From an uncultured delta proteobacterium (GTDB lineage: Bacteria; Desulfobacterota; Binatia; UBA9968): DNA of 64,000 nucleotides. Below are positions 22,415-31,764 of this stretch, in pieces (the first letter of the stretch is position 1; the number at the start of each line of letters is the position of its first letter). Under the pieces are notes generated by a model, which saw only the letters and a list, made by a program, of their open reading frames with translations, did not search any database and had not been told where the DNA came from. The position numbers and the translations under genes are program-made. The stretch spans positions 160,001 to 224,000 of the forward strand of contig CAWFJP010000017.1 in assembly GCA_963816145.1 (NCBI GenBank), in the 5' to 3' direction.

Positions 22415-23362
22415 ATGAAACTGCTCATCGGCTTAATCGCGGCCTGGCTCGCGGGTGCCAGCGCAAGCGTCAGCGCGGAGGTCGTCCGCGGCACCTACCC
22501 ATCGGCCAACGTGCAATTTCTGCCGGCGTTCGTTGACCTGGAGAAAGGCATCTATAAGCGCGAGGGTGTGGACGCCGAGTTGATCTCCGTGCGCAACCAC
22601 GTTACGGCAGTGCAGGCACTGCTCGGCAATCAGTTCCATTTCATCTTTTCCGTCGGCCCGCAGATGCCGTCGATCGGGGAAGACGGCGATATCGTCCTGC
22701 TCGCCCAGCAAATCGGCCGGCCGACCTTTTCCATGATGGTGACCCCAGATATTAAAACCGTCGCCGATTTGAAGGGCAAAAAAATCGGCCTCAGCTTCGG
22801 CGGCTCGACCTTCGCCGGCACCAAGGCGCTCTTGGAGCTTTACAAAATGAATCCCGACAAAGATGTTCAGTACGTCAGCATTCCCGGCAGTCAACCGAAG
22901 ATTGCCGCCATGCAGCAGGGCATCATACAAGCCGCGCTGCTCGCGCCGCCGTCGGACTATGTCGCCTTGAAGGCGGGCTTCAAGCGGCTGGCCAATCTGG
23001 CCGACCTGTTCAAAGACACGTCGTTTACCGGCCTTGCCGCCACTGGCAAGACCATCAAAGAAAACCCGCAGTTCGTCAAATGCATGGTGTGCGCCATCGT
23101 CCGCAGCGTGATCCATACCCGAGACTACCCTGAAGACGCGATTGGTACCATGATGAAACATTGGCGCATGGAGCACGATGTCTCGGTGGACGCGTACAAC
23201 TTAATCAAGGAAGCGCTGCAACCGGTGCCGACGGAGAAGGGCGTCGAACTAATGTCCCAGTGACAGGCGGTGGCGCTGAATACCAAGTCCAAGCGGCCCG
23301 TGCGCGAATATATGGACCTGCGCTTCGTCAACGAAGTGATGGTTGAATTAACTCAGAAATAA
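22415..23362 (+). pseudogene. NMT1/SsuA-like substrate-binding protein interrupted by an in-frame TGA at 23261-23263
   Basis: The frame stays open 32 codons past the TGA ([32 protein letters not shown], stop 23360-23362) and includes the family C-terminal D.RF motif. Confidence 0.75.
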
Positions 23363-23378
23363 TCAACAGGAGGTGAGA

Positions 23379-23975
23379 GTGAAAAAATTATTTATCGTCG
23401 CAATGCTATGCGCCGTATTTGGATGGGGCGCGAATGCCAATAGCCAGGAAAAAAAGGGACCGCTTTACGCCACCTTTAAAACCAGCATGGGCGACATCGT
23501 CGTACAACTATTCGAGGAGAAAGCGCCTAAGACCGTCGCCAACTTCGTCGGCCTCGCCAGCGGCACCAAGGAATGGACCGATCCTAAGACCGGTGAGAAA
23601 GTGAAGAAGCCGCTCTATAATGGCACGATCTTTCACCGGGTCATCCCTGGTTTCATGATTCAAGGCGGCGATCCCTTGGGCAACGGCACCGGCGGACCCG
23701 GTTATCGTTTCGAAGATGAATTCCATCCCGACCTGCGCCACACCAAAGGCGGCATCCTGTCGATGGCCAACGCAGGGCCGAACACGAACGGCAGCCAGTT
23801 TTTCATTACCCTCGCGCCCACGCTGCATTTGGACAACCGTCACAGCGTGTTTGGCGAAGTAATCAAGGGACAAGAAGTAGTCGTCGCCATCGGCGCCACC
23901 CCGCGCGACGGGCGTGACCGGCCGACCAAAGACGTCGTGATCAAAGAAATCGTTATCAGCCGCGGCAGTTACTGA
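23379..23975 (+). CDS. Cyclophilin-type peptidyl-prolyl cis-trans isomerase, exported
   Basis: [40 protein letters not shown]; AGGAGG SD favours the GTG at 23379. Confidence 0.95.
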   Translation: MKKLFIVAMLCAVFGWGANANSQEKKGPLYATFKTSMGDIVVQLFEEKAPKTVANFVGLASGTKEWTDPKTGEKVKKPLYNGTIFHRVIPGFMIQGGDPLGNGTGGPGYRFEDEFHPDLRHTKGGILSMANAGPNTNGSQFFITLAPTLHLDNRHSVFGEVIKGQEVVVAIGATPRDGRDRPTKDVVIKEIVISRGSY

Positions 23976-24009
23976 TTCTGACGCCGCCAACCAAACGCGG
24001 GAGGCACCG

Positions 24010-24987
24010 ATGCGATTCGCTAAGGTCACTATGCTATGGACATTGGTTTTCGTTTCGGTCCTCTTCGCCCGCGCGATTAAGGCCGCGGAAATTCCGTTAC
24101 CGCAAGCCACCGCGGTGTATGGCGTCATCGCCACTGATCCGATTTATCTTTGGATCGCCCAGGAGAGAGGCTTCTTCAAAAAGAACGGTCTCAATATCGA
24201 TCTTACCCATATTCCGACCAACCAGGCGGTGCAGGCGTTGGTCGGCGGCAAGATTCAATTCACCACCGCCGGACCGCAAATCATTGAAGCCAATCTCGCC
24301 GGCGCCGACACGGTTTACATCTTGAGCCCGGTCAACACTTTTGTCTTTTCCATCTATAGCAAACCGGAAATCACCAGCATAAAAGGCCTAGCTGGAAAAA
24401 CCATCGGCGCGACCAACAAGGGAACACCCACCGACATTGCCGGACACATGGTTGTCACCCAGAGCGGTTTGAAGCCGGATGTCGATGTAAAGTTCGCTTA
24501 TCTGAAGGAAATCCCCGCCCTGGTCGCCGCCTTGCAGCAAGGCATCATCGATGCGGCGATTCTTTCGGCGCCCAGCACACTCACCGCGCGCAATTTCGGC
24601 TTAAAAGAACTGCTCAACGTCACCGCCCTGAAAATTCCCTTCGTGCAGCATGGCATCGGCACAACCCGCTCATTCATCAACACCTACCAAGATCTGGTGC
24701 GGCGCTTTGTCCGCAGCGCAGCCGAAGGAATCGACTACGCGCGCAAGAACCGGGGTGACACCATTGCGATCCTGTCTAAATACACCAAGATCACCGACCC
24801 GGCCCAGCTACAAGAATCACTGTCCACCAACGAGCCGGCCTGGGAACGAATTCCCACACCAAACCAGCAGGCCATCGAAGCCGTGCTGGCCGCCTCGGAA
24901 AATCCCAAAGCCAAAGCTGCGAAGTGGGATCAGTTCGTCGACGATCGGTTTGTTAAGGAATTGGTGGCGGCGGGAGTGTTCAAGTAG
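24010..24987 (+). CDS. ABC-type substrate-binding protein, NMT1/SsuA-like
   Basis: Signal peptide, WIAQERGFFKKNGL, DDRFV C-terminus. Confidence 0.87.
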   Translation: MRFAKVTMLWTLVFVSVLFARAIKAAEIPLPQATAVYGVIATDPIYLWIAQERGFFKKNGLNIDLTHIPTNQAVQALVGGKIQFTTAGPQIIEANLAGADTVYILSPVNTFVFSIYSKPEITSIKGLAGKTIGATNKGTPTDIAGHMVVTQSGLKPDVDVKFAYLKEIPALVAALQQGIIDAAILSAPSTLTARNFGLKELLNVTALKIPFVQHGIGTTRSFINTYQDLVRRFVRSAAEGIDYARKNRGDTIAILSKYTKITDPAQLQESLSTNEPAWERIPTPNQQAIEAVLAASENPKAKAAKWDQFVDDRFVKELVAAGVFK

Positions 24988-25010
24988 GGGGCAGACCCCC
25001 GTGCCTGCCC
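24984..25010 (+). repeat. GTAG-type REP-like palindrome
   Basis: GTAG-GG-GGCAGAC-CCCC-GTGCCTGCCC: a GTAG tetranucleotide followed by an imperfect hairpin, between convergent genes. Confidence 0.6.
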
Positions 25011-25035
25011 ATAATCCCATTGAACACTGAACCAG

Positions 25036-26109
25036 TCATTCCAAATCATACGGCACGCCCAATTCCATACCGACATCGCGTAAACCTTTGAGAACGGAAC
25101 TGTGCAGCGGAATGCCGCGCTCGGATCTTTCCTCGGCAGTTTCGAATTCAATTTCCCCGGCCACATAGACACGGCTTTCGCCCTCAACCGGCGGCGTCGA
25201 TTTCAATTCGCGAATCAGTCGATCCATGTCGGCTTTGAATTCCGCGGCTGGGCGAAACGCCGACGGATCGATGGCACCGAAAAAATGGCCGCGCGGTTCT
25301 TGATTGGGATTTAAAGCCGTGACTGTGCCGGTGAGCACACCGCAGAGAATTTCCACGAGAATTCCTAAGCCGTAGCCTTTGTGACTGCCGCTTTCGCGCG
25401 AGCCGCCAAGCGGTAACAAACGGCGCGCCTGCTGCGCCACTTTGGGATCCGTCGTCGGTTCGGCTTTCTCGTTCAATGCCCAGCCCGTAGGAACCGGCTT
25501 TCCGAGGCGTATCGCTAATTCCAATTTGCCCGCTGCCGCTGTGGTGGTCGCCATGTCGAGGACGAAGGGTTGTTCATCTTTTGCCGGGATCGCGAAGGAG
25601 ATTGGATTCGTACCGAAGCGCGCTTCGCGGCCGAAGGTCGGCACCACTTGCCGGCTCGCGTTGGTCATGGCGATGCCGATCATGTCATAGGGCAACGCGA
25701 GCATGGAATAATACGCTGACATGCCGTAGTGGCGGCTGTTACGAACCGTGACGATGCCAACACCCGACTGTTTGGCTTTTTTGATCGCCAGCTCCATCGC
25801 CCGGTGACCGGCGACGAAGCCCATGCCGTTGTCAGCATCGAGCAGCGCGGTGGACGCGTGCTCCGTGACGATGCGAATATTCGGCTTGGCCGTCATCGCG
25901 CCGTCGCGCAACCACTTCACATACCAGGCATGCGGGTTGAAACGAATCACGCCGTGAGTATCGACACCGCGCAGGTCCGATGCGACCAAGACATTGGCGG
26001 CGATCTCGGCATCGCTGGCCGGCACGCCAAGATTTTCAAACGAACGGCTGACGAAGCGAATTAACTTTTCGTGATTGATACGGGTCATGCCGGTTGTATC
26101 GGTCGCCAT
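25036..26109 (-). CDS. Ldh_2 (malate/L-lactate dehydrogenase, ComC/AllD-like) oxidoreductase
   Basis: SDLRGVDTHG, RNSRHYG, FGTNPI, LDMATT, HKGYGL. Confidence 0.92.
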   Translation of the reverse strand: MATDTTGMTRINHEKLIRFVSRSFENLGVPASDAEIAANVLVASDLRGVDTHGVIRFNPHAWYVKWLRDGAMTAKPNIRIVTEHASTALLDADNGMGFVAGHRAMELAIKKAKQSGVGIVTVRNSRHYGMSAYYSMLALPYDMIGIAMTNASRQVVPTFGREARFGTNPISFAIPAKDEQPFVLDMATTTAAAGKLELAIRLGKPVPTGWALNEKAEPTTDPKVAQQARRLLPLGGSRESGSHKGYGLGILVEILCGVLTGTVTALNPNQEPRGHFFGAIDPSAFRPAAEFKADMDRLIRELKSTPPVEGESRVYVAGEIEFETAEERSERGIPLHSSVLKGLRDVGMELGVPYDLE

Positions 26110-26171
26110 GAAATCCTCCGAGGCTGTGATGGGCCCAGCTAACTTCGATGCGGTTCATCTGTCAACCCCAC

Positions 26172-26200
26172 TTGACGCTCCAGCCGCGTTTCCCTATGTT
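26172..26200 (+). promoter_or_regulatory. sigma-70-type promoter
   Basis: TTGACG-N17-TATGTT upstream of the SBP gene; a divergent TTGACA lies at 26160-26165 on the minus strand. Confidence 0.55.
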
Positions 26201-26334
26201 ACCGGCAGCCGAAGGAGTGGCGGTGAGGTTTCCGCTAGGCGATTCGTTCAGGAATTGGCCAAGAGCGGTTTTTTTGCGGAGCTAAACCAGGCGTAATGAC
26301 GTTTCTCCACCGACGCGTAAAGAGGTTTCTATCG

Positions 26335-27366
26335 ATGAAATCGATCCGATTACCGTCCGGAAAGTTTATTTCACTAGTGTGCGCTACATTGCTATTGATA
26401 GCGCTTGCAGCGAACACCCAGGCCGCCGAGCTGCCGTTGGTCCGCATCGCCCACGGCGCGTTTAGCGAAAAAGTCGTTGCCTTATGGCTTGGCGCCGAAC
26501 AAGGCCTGTTCCGCAAGCACGGCGTCAACATTGAAGTCATCAATATACGCAGCGGCCCACAGACCATGGCGGCGCTGGTTTCGGGCGACATTCAGGTTGC
26601 CTACACCATTCCTGGATCGGTGGTCAGCGCGGCAACCAGCGGTTTGGACGTCGCGTTCTTCGCCGGCATCGTCAATAAAGCCGACGGCGATTTCATCGCT
26701 GGGCCGAGCATCCACACTCCGGAAGACTTAAAAGGAAAACGGATCGGAGTGCAGAGCATCGGCGGTGGGGTCTGGTCGATGGCGATGCTCGCCATCGAGC
26801 ATCTAGGTTTGGAACCGAACCGCGACAAAATGACCGTGATGATCGTCGGCGACTCGCCGGTGCTGGCGCAATCGCTGGAGCAGGGCGGCATTGAGGCGAC
26901 TTATCTCAATTACACCCACAGCCGGGCGCTAAAAGAGAAAGGGTTTCCGGTTCTATTGGATTTGGGCAAGGCGCCGATTCCCTATCAAGGGCTCGCAGCG
27001 GCGACCCGGCGCGGCTATCTCAGGCAAAATCCCCAGATCGTCGATTCTTTGATGCGCGGCTTTGTCGAAACCGTGGCGTTCATTCACAAACCTGGAAATA
27101 AGGAAACAGTCATCAAATCGCTGGTGAAAAATCTCCGGCTCAAAAGCGCCCAGGACGCCGAGATCGGCTACGCCGCGCTGCAATGGCTATACAACATCGA
27201 TATCAAACCGACGATCCCCGGGATTCAAAACATGGCGCGTTTCCTCGCTCTCACCAACCCCAAAGTTAAGAGCGTAAAAAGCGAAGAGGTGGTCGACGAA
27301 GCGCCCTGGCAACGTTTGGAGAAAAGCCCGTTTTACCGGGAAGTGCTGGCAGCGGCTAAAAAGTAG
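26335..27366 (+). CDS. ABC-type substrate-binding protein, NMT1/SsuA-like
   Basis: Signal peptide, GLFRKHG, DLKGKRIGV; start could be 26296. Confidence 0.85.
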   Translation: MKSIRLPSGKFISLVCATLLLIALAANTQAAELPLVRIAHGAFSEKVVALWLGAEQGLFRKHGVNIEVINIRSGPQTMAALVSGDIQVAYTIPGSVVSAATSGLDVAFFAGIVNKADGDFIAGPSIHTPEDLKGKRIGVQSIGGGVWSMAMLAIEHLGLEPNRDKMTVMIVGDSPVLAQSLEQGGIEATYLNYTHSRALKEKGFPVLLDLGKAPIPYQGLAAATRRGYLRQNPQIVDSLMRGFVETVAFIHKPGNKETVIKSLVKNLRLKSAQDAEIGYAALQWLYNIDIKPTIPGIQNMARFLALTNPKVKSVKSEEVVDEAPWQRLEKSPFYREVLAAAKK

Positions 27367-27409
27367 CGCGGCGTTGTCGCCGGTCTACCCACAGACCACT
27401 ATTGCGAGT

Positions 27410-28414
27410 TTACCTGATCCCCAGATACTCGTTGTAAAGCTTCATGTATTTGTCGTAGCTACCCTCAGCGCGTATGACATGTGGGTTGCCGCTTTCCATG
27501 AGCTGATCGATGTCCTTCGACTGGCTTCTGACCCCGTTTCTGAGCGGAATTTTTCCCGCAGCTGCTAATGCTCGTTGCCCTTCAGGGGAGAGATAGAAAT
27601 CGATGAGGATCTGCGCCGCCGCCGGATGCAGCGGATTTTTCACCATGGCGATCGTGGAAATGGTCGCCAGGGTCTGCGCGGCCGGCAACCAATCCACCGG
27701 CGCCTCTTTGCGTTTCATGGCATCAAGTTTGGAGACCTGCATGAATCCGGTGAGCGGGTATTCCCCCGCCGCCATCATGTTGATGGTGTGGCTATAGCCT
27801 TCCACTAACTTTAAGTCTTGTTGGCTGAGTTTTTTGAAATAGGCCATGCCTTGCTCTTCACCGCGCAGCGATACCATGCCGGTGAGGGGATAAGGCACGC
27901 CACGGTTCACGGCAATTTGACTCTTGAACTGCGGCCGCAGGTACTCGTCATAATTCTTCGGCACCGCAGACTTGGAAAGCAGCCGGGGATTGAAGCCGGT
28001 CACGAGCAAATCGGTGGTGATGCCGGACCAGAAACCATCGTTGTCCCACGCCCCTGGTAGCAGATTCTTGGTTTCCGCCGATCGATACTGCCCCAGCACG
28101 CCTTGTTGCTTGAGATAAAGCAGCGGCTCGGGACTATTGCCCAAAACATCACCCTGGACGCGGCCGGCGCGAAACTCTTGCATCACCCGCGCGGTTTGCC
28201 GCGACGAACTCAGGTAAACATGGCGCAGGTTCAGACCGGGATATTTTTCATTGAAGGCTTTGCTGAAATGGGTGAAGTCCCCGACGGTCATCGTCGTGTA
28301 GAGTATGACTTCACCCTCTTTCTTTGCCTGATTGATAACCTCCTGGCTCTGCGCAAAGCAAAACGCGGGAGCGACCAATAAAAACGACAGCAATAAAATG
28401 GCCCGGATTTTCAT
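27410..28414 (-). CDS. ABC substrate-binding protein, Fe3+/thiamine (AfuA-like) family
   Basis: AKKEGEV.LYTT, P..YD..L.P.FK, AGEYP, HPAAA...IDF.LS.EGQ. Confidence 0.85.
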   Translation of the reverse strand: MKIRAILLLSFLLVAPAFCFAQSQEVINQAKKEGEVILYTTMTVGDFTHFSKAFNEKYPGLNLRHVYLSSSRQTARVMQEFRAGRVQGDVLGNSPEPLLYLKQQGVLGQYRSAETKNLLPGAWDNDGFWSGITTDLLVTGFNPRLLSKSAVPKNYDEYLRPQFKSQIAVNRGVPYPLTGMVSLRGEEQGMAYFKKLSQQDLKLVEGYSHTINMMAAGEYPLTGFMQVSKLDAMKRKEAPVDWLPAAQTLATISTIAMVKNPLHPAAAQILIDFYLSPEGQRALAAAGKIPLRNGVRSQSKDIDQLMESGNPHVIRAEGSYDKYMKLYNEYLGIR

Positions 28415-28697
28415 GAGTGACCTCGTTCTGCACTTCTGCCGCAGTCATCAGCGGCGTCAGCGGGTAAATAGGCGGCACTCGTGGTAAACCGTTGCTATCC
28501 AGATTGACCTTCTAATCGCCTTCAAAGACATACTTCTAACGATTTTACCGGCACCTTATCAACGGTGGAAGAAGTTTGCTAGCTGAAAATTGTGCTTCTT
28601 ATTTCCATGATATAGTTGGCACATGTGCCTTTGCGCGCTCGACACGCTTATATCGATCGATTGACTTTTGTTAGCTGAGAACCATCGCTGACGATCC

Positions 28698-29618
28698 ATG
28701 CTCGATTATCTTACACTTGCGTTAGGGGTCCTGCTCGCCGGAGCAGGCGGTGAAATTTTTATCCGGGGGGCCGTTGGCTTGGCCCATTGGGCCCGGGTTT
28801 CACCGGGCATTATTGCTTGCACCGTGGTGGCGTTCGCGACATCGAGCCCCGAGTTGGCTGTCTCGATCAGCGCCGCACTGGCAGGTACACCACAGATAGC
28901 GCTCGGCGACGCCTTAGGAAGTAACGTGGTCAACGTCGCGCTCATCCTCGCCTCTGCGGTCGCTATCTCTGGTTTGCATACGCCGCGCAGGAATCTGACC
29001 CGGGATTTTCCGGTGGCCCTGTTGATTCCAGTGATCACCCTGGTCTTGCTGCTAGACGGCGTAGTGTCTCGAATTGACGGTTGTTTGCTAGTTGGAATGT
29101 TCACGTGTTGGTTATGCGCCGTCATCATCGAAGCCCGCAAACAACGAAGCTCAGCCGACAAAATCCTAGGAGAACAGCGCGGCATGGTCGCGGCAGTGTT
29201 TAGCATCGCTGGCCTTGCCATGCTAATCGCAGCTGGTCGGCTAGTCGTCCATGGAGCCAAAGGCATTGCCATTGCCTTCGGTCTCGACGAATTCACCATC
29301 GGCGCCACGGTGGTGGCTGTGGGAACGTCGGTCCCAGAACTAGCGACTACGATCATTGCCAAACTCCGCGGCCACGAGGAAATCGGTCTCGGCACCATAC
29401 TCGGCAGCAACATTTTCAACGGTCTGTTGATCATTGGCGTCGCAGCGATCATCTCTCCGATCTCTGTCGATTGGCGGGAAGTTGCGGGTGTTCTTACTTT
29501 CGGTATCCTGACGGTGGCCCTTACATTCCCAAACAGCCGTGGTCTCATCGAGCGAAGACGCGGCGCGCTGCTGTTAACTCTATACGCCGCCTACCTGATC
29601 TCAATCCTTCAGCGGTAG
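28698..29618 (+). CDS. Calcium/sodium antiporter (YrbG/CaCA family)
   Basis: Two alpha repeats: ATSSPEL...LGSNVVN and GTSVPEL...LGSNIFN. Confidence 0.92.
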   Translation: MLDYLTLALGVLLAGAGGEIFIRGAVGLAHWARVSPGIIACTVVAFATSSPELAVSISAALAGTPQIALGDALGSNVVNVALILASAVAISGLHTPRRNLTRDFPVALLIPVITLVLLLDGVVSRIDGCLLVGMFTCWLCAVIIEARKQRSSADKILGEQRGMVAAVFSIAGLAMLIAAGRLVVHGAKGIAIAFGLDEFTIGATVVAVGTSVPELATTIIAKLRGHEEIGLGTILGSNIFNGLLIIGVAAIISPISVDWREVAGVLTFGILTVALTFPNSRGLIERRRGALLLTLYAAYLISILQR

Positions 29619-29693
29619 CCTTGGATCAGCAAAGCATGTACCCGTGCGTCCCCGAGAAATCACCGCGCTCCCATCCCAAGTTAGCGCTTTTAG

Positions 29694-31538
29694 TTAGTGC
29701 AGCAAAGGGAGCAGCGCGCTTTCGATATAGAGAATAACCGTTATCACCACCATCATTTCCAGGATCACTGGCGTCATCTCCTTGATCCACTGTACCGGGG
29801 TGTAGCGGTCATCGATATCGCGCTGAATGAACGCAAAAGCGACCACCGATTGCGCCGACCCGATATGTGTCCAACAGCCGCCCAAAGCGTAGCCGGCGAT
29901 CTGCGCCATGGCGAACAGGTGCAAAATTGAAATATCCAAATTTTTCAGCGTGCGCGAGGCAAAGTCCGCGACGACGTTGTTATCCAGGATCGCCGAAAGA
30001 AAGGTGCAACCCAGGAATTTCACAAATGCGAGATGCGCATATCCGAGTGTTTCGATTCCCTGCTGGATTAAACTTTGCAGTTGATCGAAGAAACCCGCCT
30101 TGGTCAACAAGGAAATCGATACAAAGAGCGGGAAAAGAAAATAATATTCGGCGAATTCATGCTTCGCGTCGCGCAGCGCCAAGTTGCGCATTTTGGCCAA
30201 CTTGACAATTCCCAGCAGCGCCACACCGAACCCCGCAAAGGAAGCCAAAAACAGCGGCACGCTATGATCGATGCCATGCCAGATGAGCATGCCGATGAAC
30301 GGCACCAGAGCCAGAGCGCCAAACTTCTGCGCCACTTGGCGTTGGCGTCCGGTGGCGGCGATCGCGTCGTCGACAGCTCTTTCGGCTGCGAGCGCGCCAT
30401 GATGGTCGCCGGCGGCGTCAAGCACATAGTGGCGATCCAAGGTTTCGGCCAACTCGTCGCTGACAAAATGACCGAGCAGTTTCTTGCGCAGCGCGTCGGG
30501 AACGCCCGCGTGGAGCAGCGCGATGCCCAGAGACTCACCCTCGCGTAACCGCGCCCGCACGACATCCGCCTTGTCGCCCAACTCGTTCTCGTAATCTTCG
30601 ACAAGTTCGAGGGAAGTGGCCACTTTGCCGTGGCGCAAGGCCTGGAGGAAGCGCACATCTTCGGCGTTGGCGTCGATGACATCTAACTTTTCCAGTTCAA
30701 TCCGCTCGCCGCGCAACTTCTTGCGCAGATTCCAGGCGATCACCAGATAACAGGCGACCGCCGCCGGCGCGCAGTAGCGCAGAAAAAAAGCGTTGTCGAT
30801 ATGGGGGTAGAGATTGGCCTTCATGATCAGATTGGGCGGCTCGCCATAGGCCAGCCAAATCCCGCATACCGTCGTCACCGTCGTGCAGACCATTACCGAA
30901 TAACGCACCACCGCTATCGGCGCGGCGGCGAGCAGCATGATGATGACCAGCGTGCGGATGGTCAGACCGATCATCGACACCCCATCGAGAATGCCCGAGG
31001 CGAACGCCACCACCGCGGTCACCGCGATCACGGTCGGCAGCACCGCACCGCGAAACCGGTGCAGTAAGAAAAAGGTCAAGCCCTCAAGCAGTCGAGTCTG
31101 TGCAATCACTGAGACAAAAAAAGTCAGGCCGAGGATAAACAGCATAGTGTCGGCGTGGACAAGCTGGTCCAAACCGTGAAACGAAAGCAAGTTATCCGCG
31201 ACCCACACCCCCCAGCCATTCTTGTTAATCTCGCTATGCCAGTCTGAACTGGGCAATCCGCAAAACGTTGCAATGATGATCAGCAGCATGCCGTAGGTCA
31301 GGGCATTTTTGTGAATTTGAAATCTAAACGAGCCGAATAGAAACAAACCTAAAATTGTCGCGAAGACTTCCGCCGCGAGTAAACCTGCAGGCAAAGTGGT
31401 CTGCTGCCCCAGGATCAGGAAAACGAGAGCAATCGCCGCACAAGCCAATAAGAACTTTCTTCCGGACAGCATGATCACGGCCGGGTTCTCGTCGTGGTAA
31501 TTTACCGGGGAAGTTGGATTAACCGCATCAGTACTCAC
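29694..31538 (-). CDS. Ion-transporter superfamily (NhaD/ArsB/SLC13-like) permease with a central soluble insert
   Basis: SGILDGVS, GEPPN, LSAILDNN and GGCWT.IGS helical-hairpin motifs; a hydrophilic segment of about 130 aa in the middle. Confidence 0.75.
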   Translation of the reverse strand: MSTDAVNPTSPVNYHDENPAVIMLSGRKFLLACAAIALVFLILGQQTTLPAGLLAAEVFATILGLFLFGSFRFQIHKNALTYGMLLIIIATFCGLPSSDWHSEINKNGWGVWVADNLLSFHGLDQLVHADTMLFILGLTFFVSVIAQTRLLEGLTFFLLHRFRGAVLPTVIAVTAVVAFASGILDGVSMIGLTIRTLVIIMLLAAAPIAVVRYSVMVCTTVTTVCGIWLAYGEPPNLIMKANLYPHIDNAFFLRYCAPAAVACYLVIAWNLRKKLRGERIELEKLDVIDANAEDVRFLQALRHGKVATSLELVEDYENELGDKADVVRARLREGESLGIALLHAGVPDALRKKLLGHFVSDELAETLDRHYVLDAAGDHHGALAAERAVDDAIAATGRQRQVAQKFGALALVPFIGMLIWHGIDHSVPLFLASFAGFGVALLGIVKLAKMRNLALRDAKHEFAEYYFLFPLFVSISLLTKAGFFDQLQSLIQQGIETLGYAHLAFVKFLGCTFLSAILDNNVVADFASRTLKNLDISILHLFAMAQIAGYALGGCWTHIGSAQSVVAFAFIQRDIDDRYTPVQWIKEMTPVILEMMVVITVILYIESALLPLLH

Positions 31539-31764
31539 AACAAGCGCGCTCCTTCGGTTGTTAGCCGGGCAGCAATTTTCGACCGTGCGACACTCGTATA
31601 AATTGAGGTCTCGCTAGCCAATAGGGATAACATTTCGCACGACTATATAAGCGGCAAGCACGAATTCAATATGGATAATTGCGATTTTGAACGGCGCTGC
31701 ATCAGCGCGCTCTATATCGCGCGCTTGTCGAACGACCATGATTCAGGGATACATAGTGCAGAGC

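Noticed and set aside
23261-23300. Selenocysteine recoding of the in-frame TGA
   Set aside because: No convincing SECIS-like hairpin follows, the position is not a redox motif, and other apparent substitutions point to decay.
28616-28634. sigma-54 promoter upstream of the CaCA antiporter (TTGGCACATGTGCCTTTGC)
   Set aside because: The GG-to-GC spacing is not 10 nt.
28706-29548. 280-aa minus-strand ORF
   Set aside because: Antisense to the CaCA antiporter; its S/T/P/A/R-rich composition is typical of a shadow frame.
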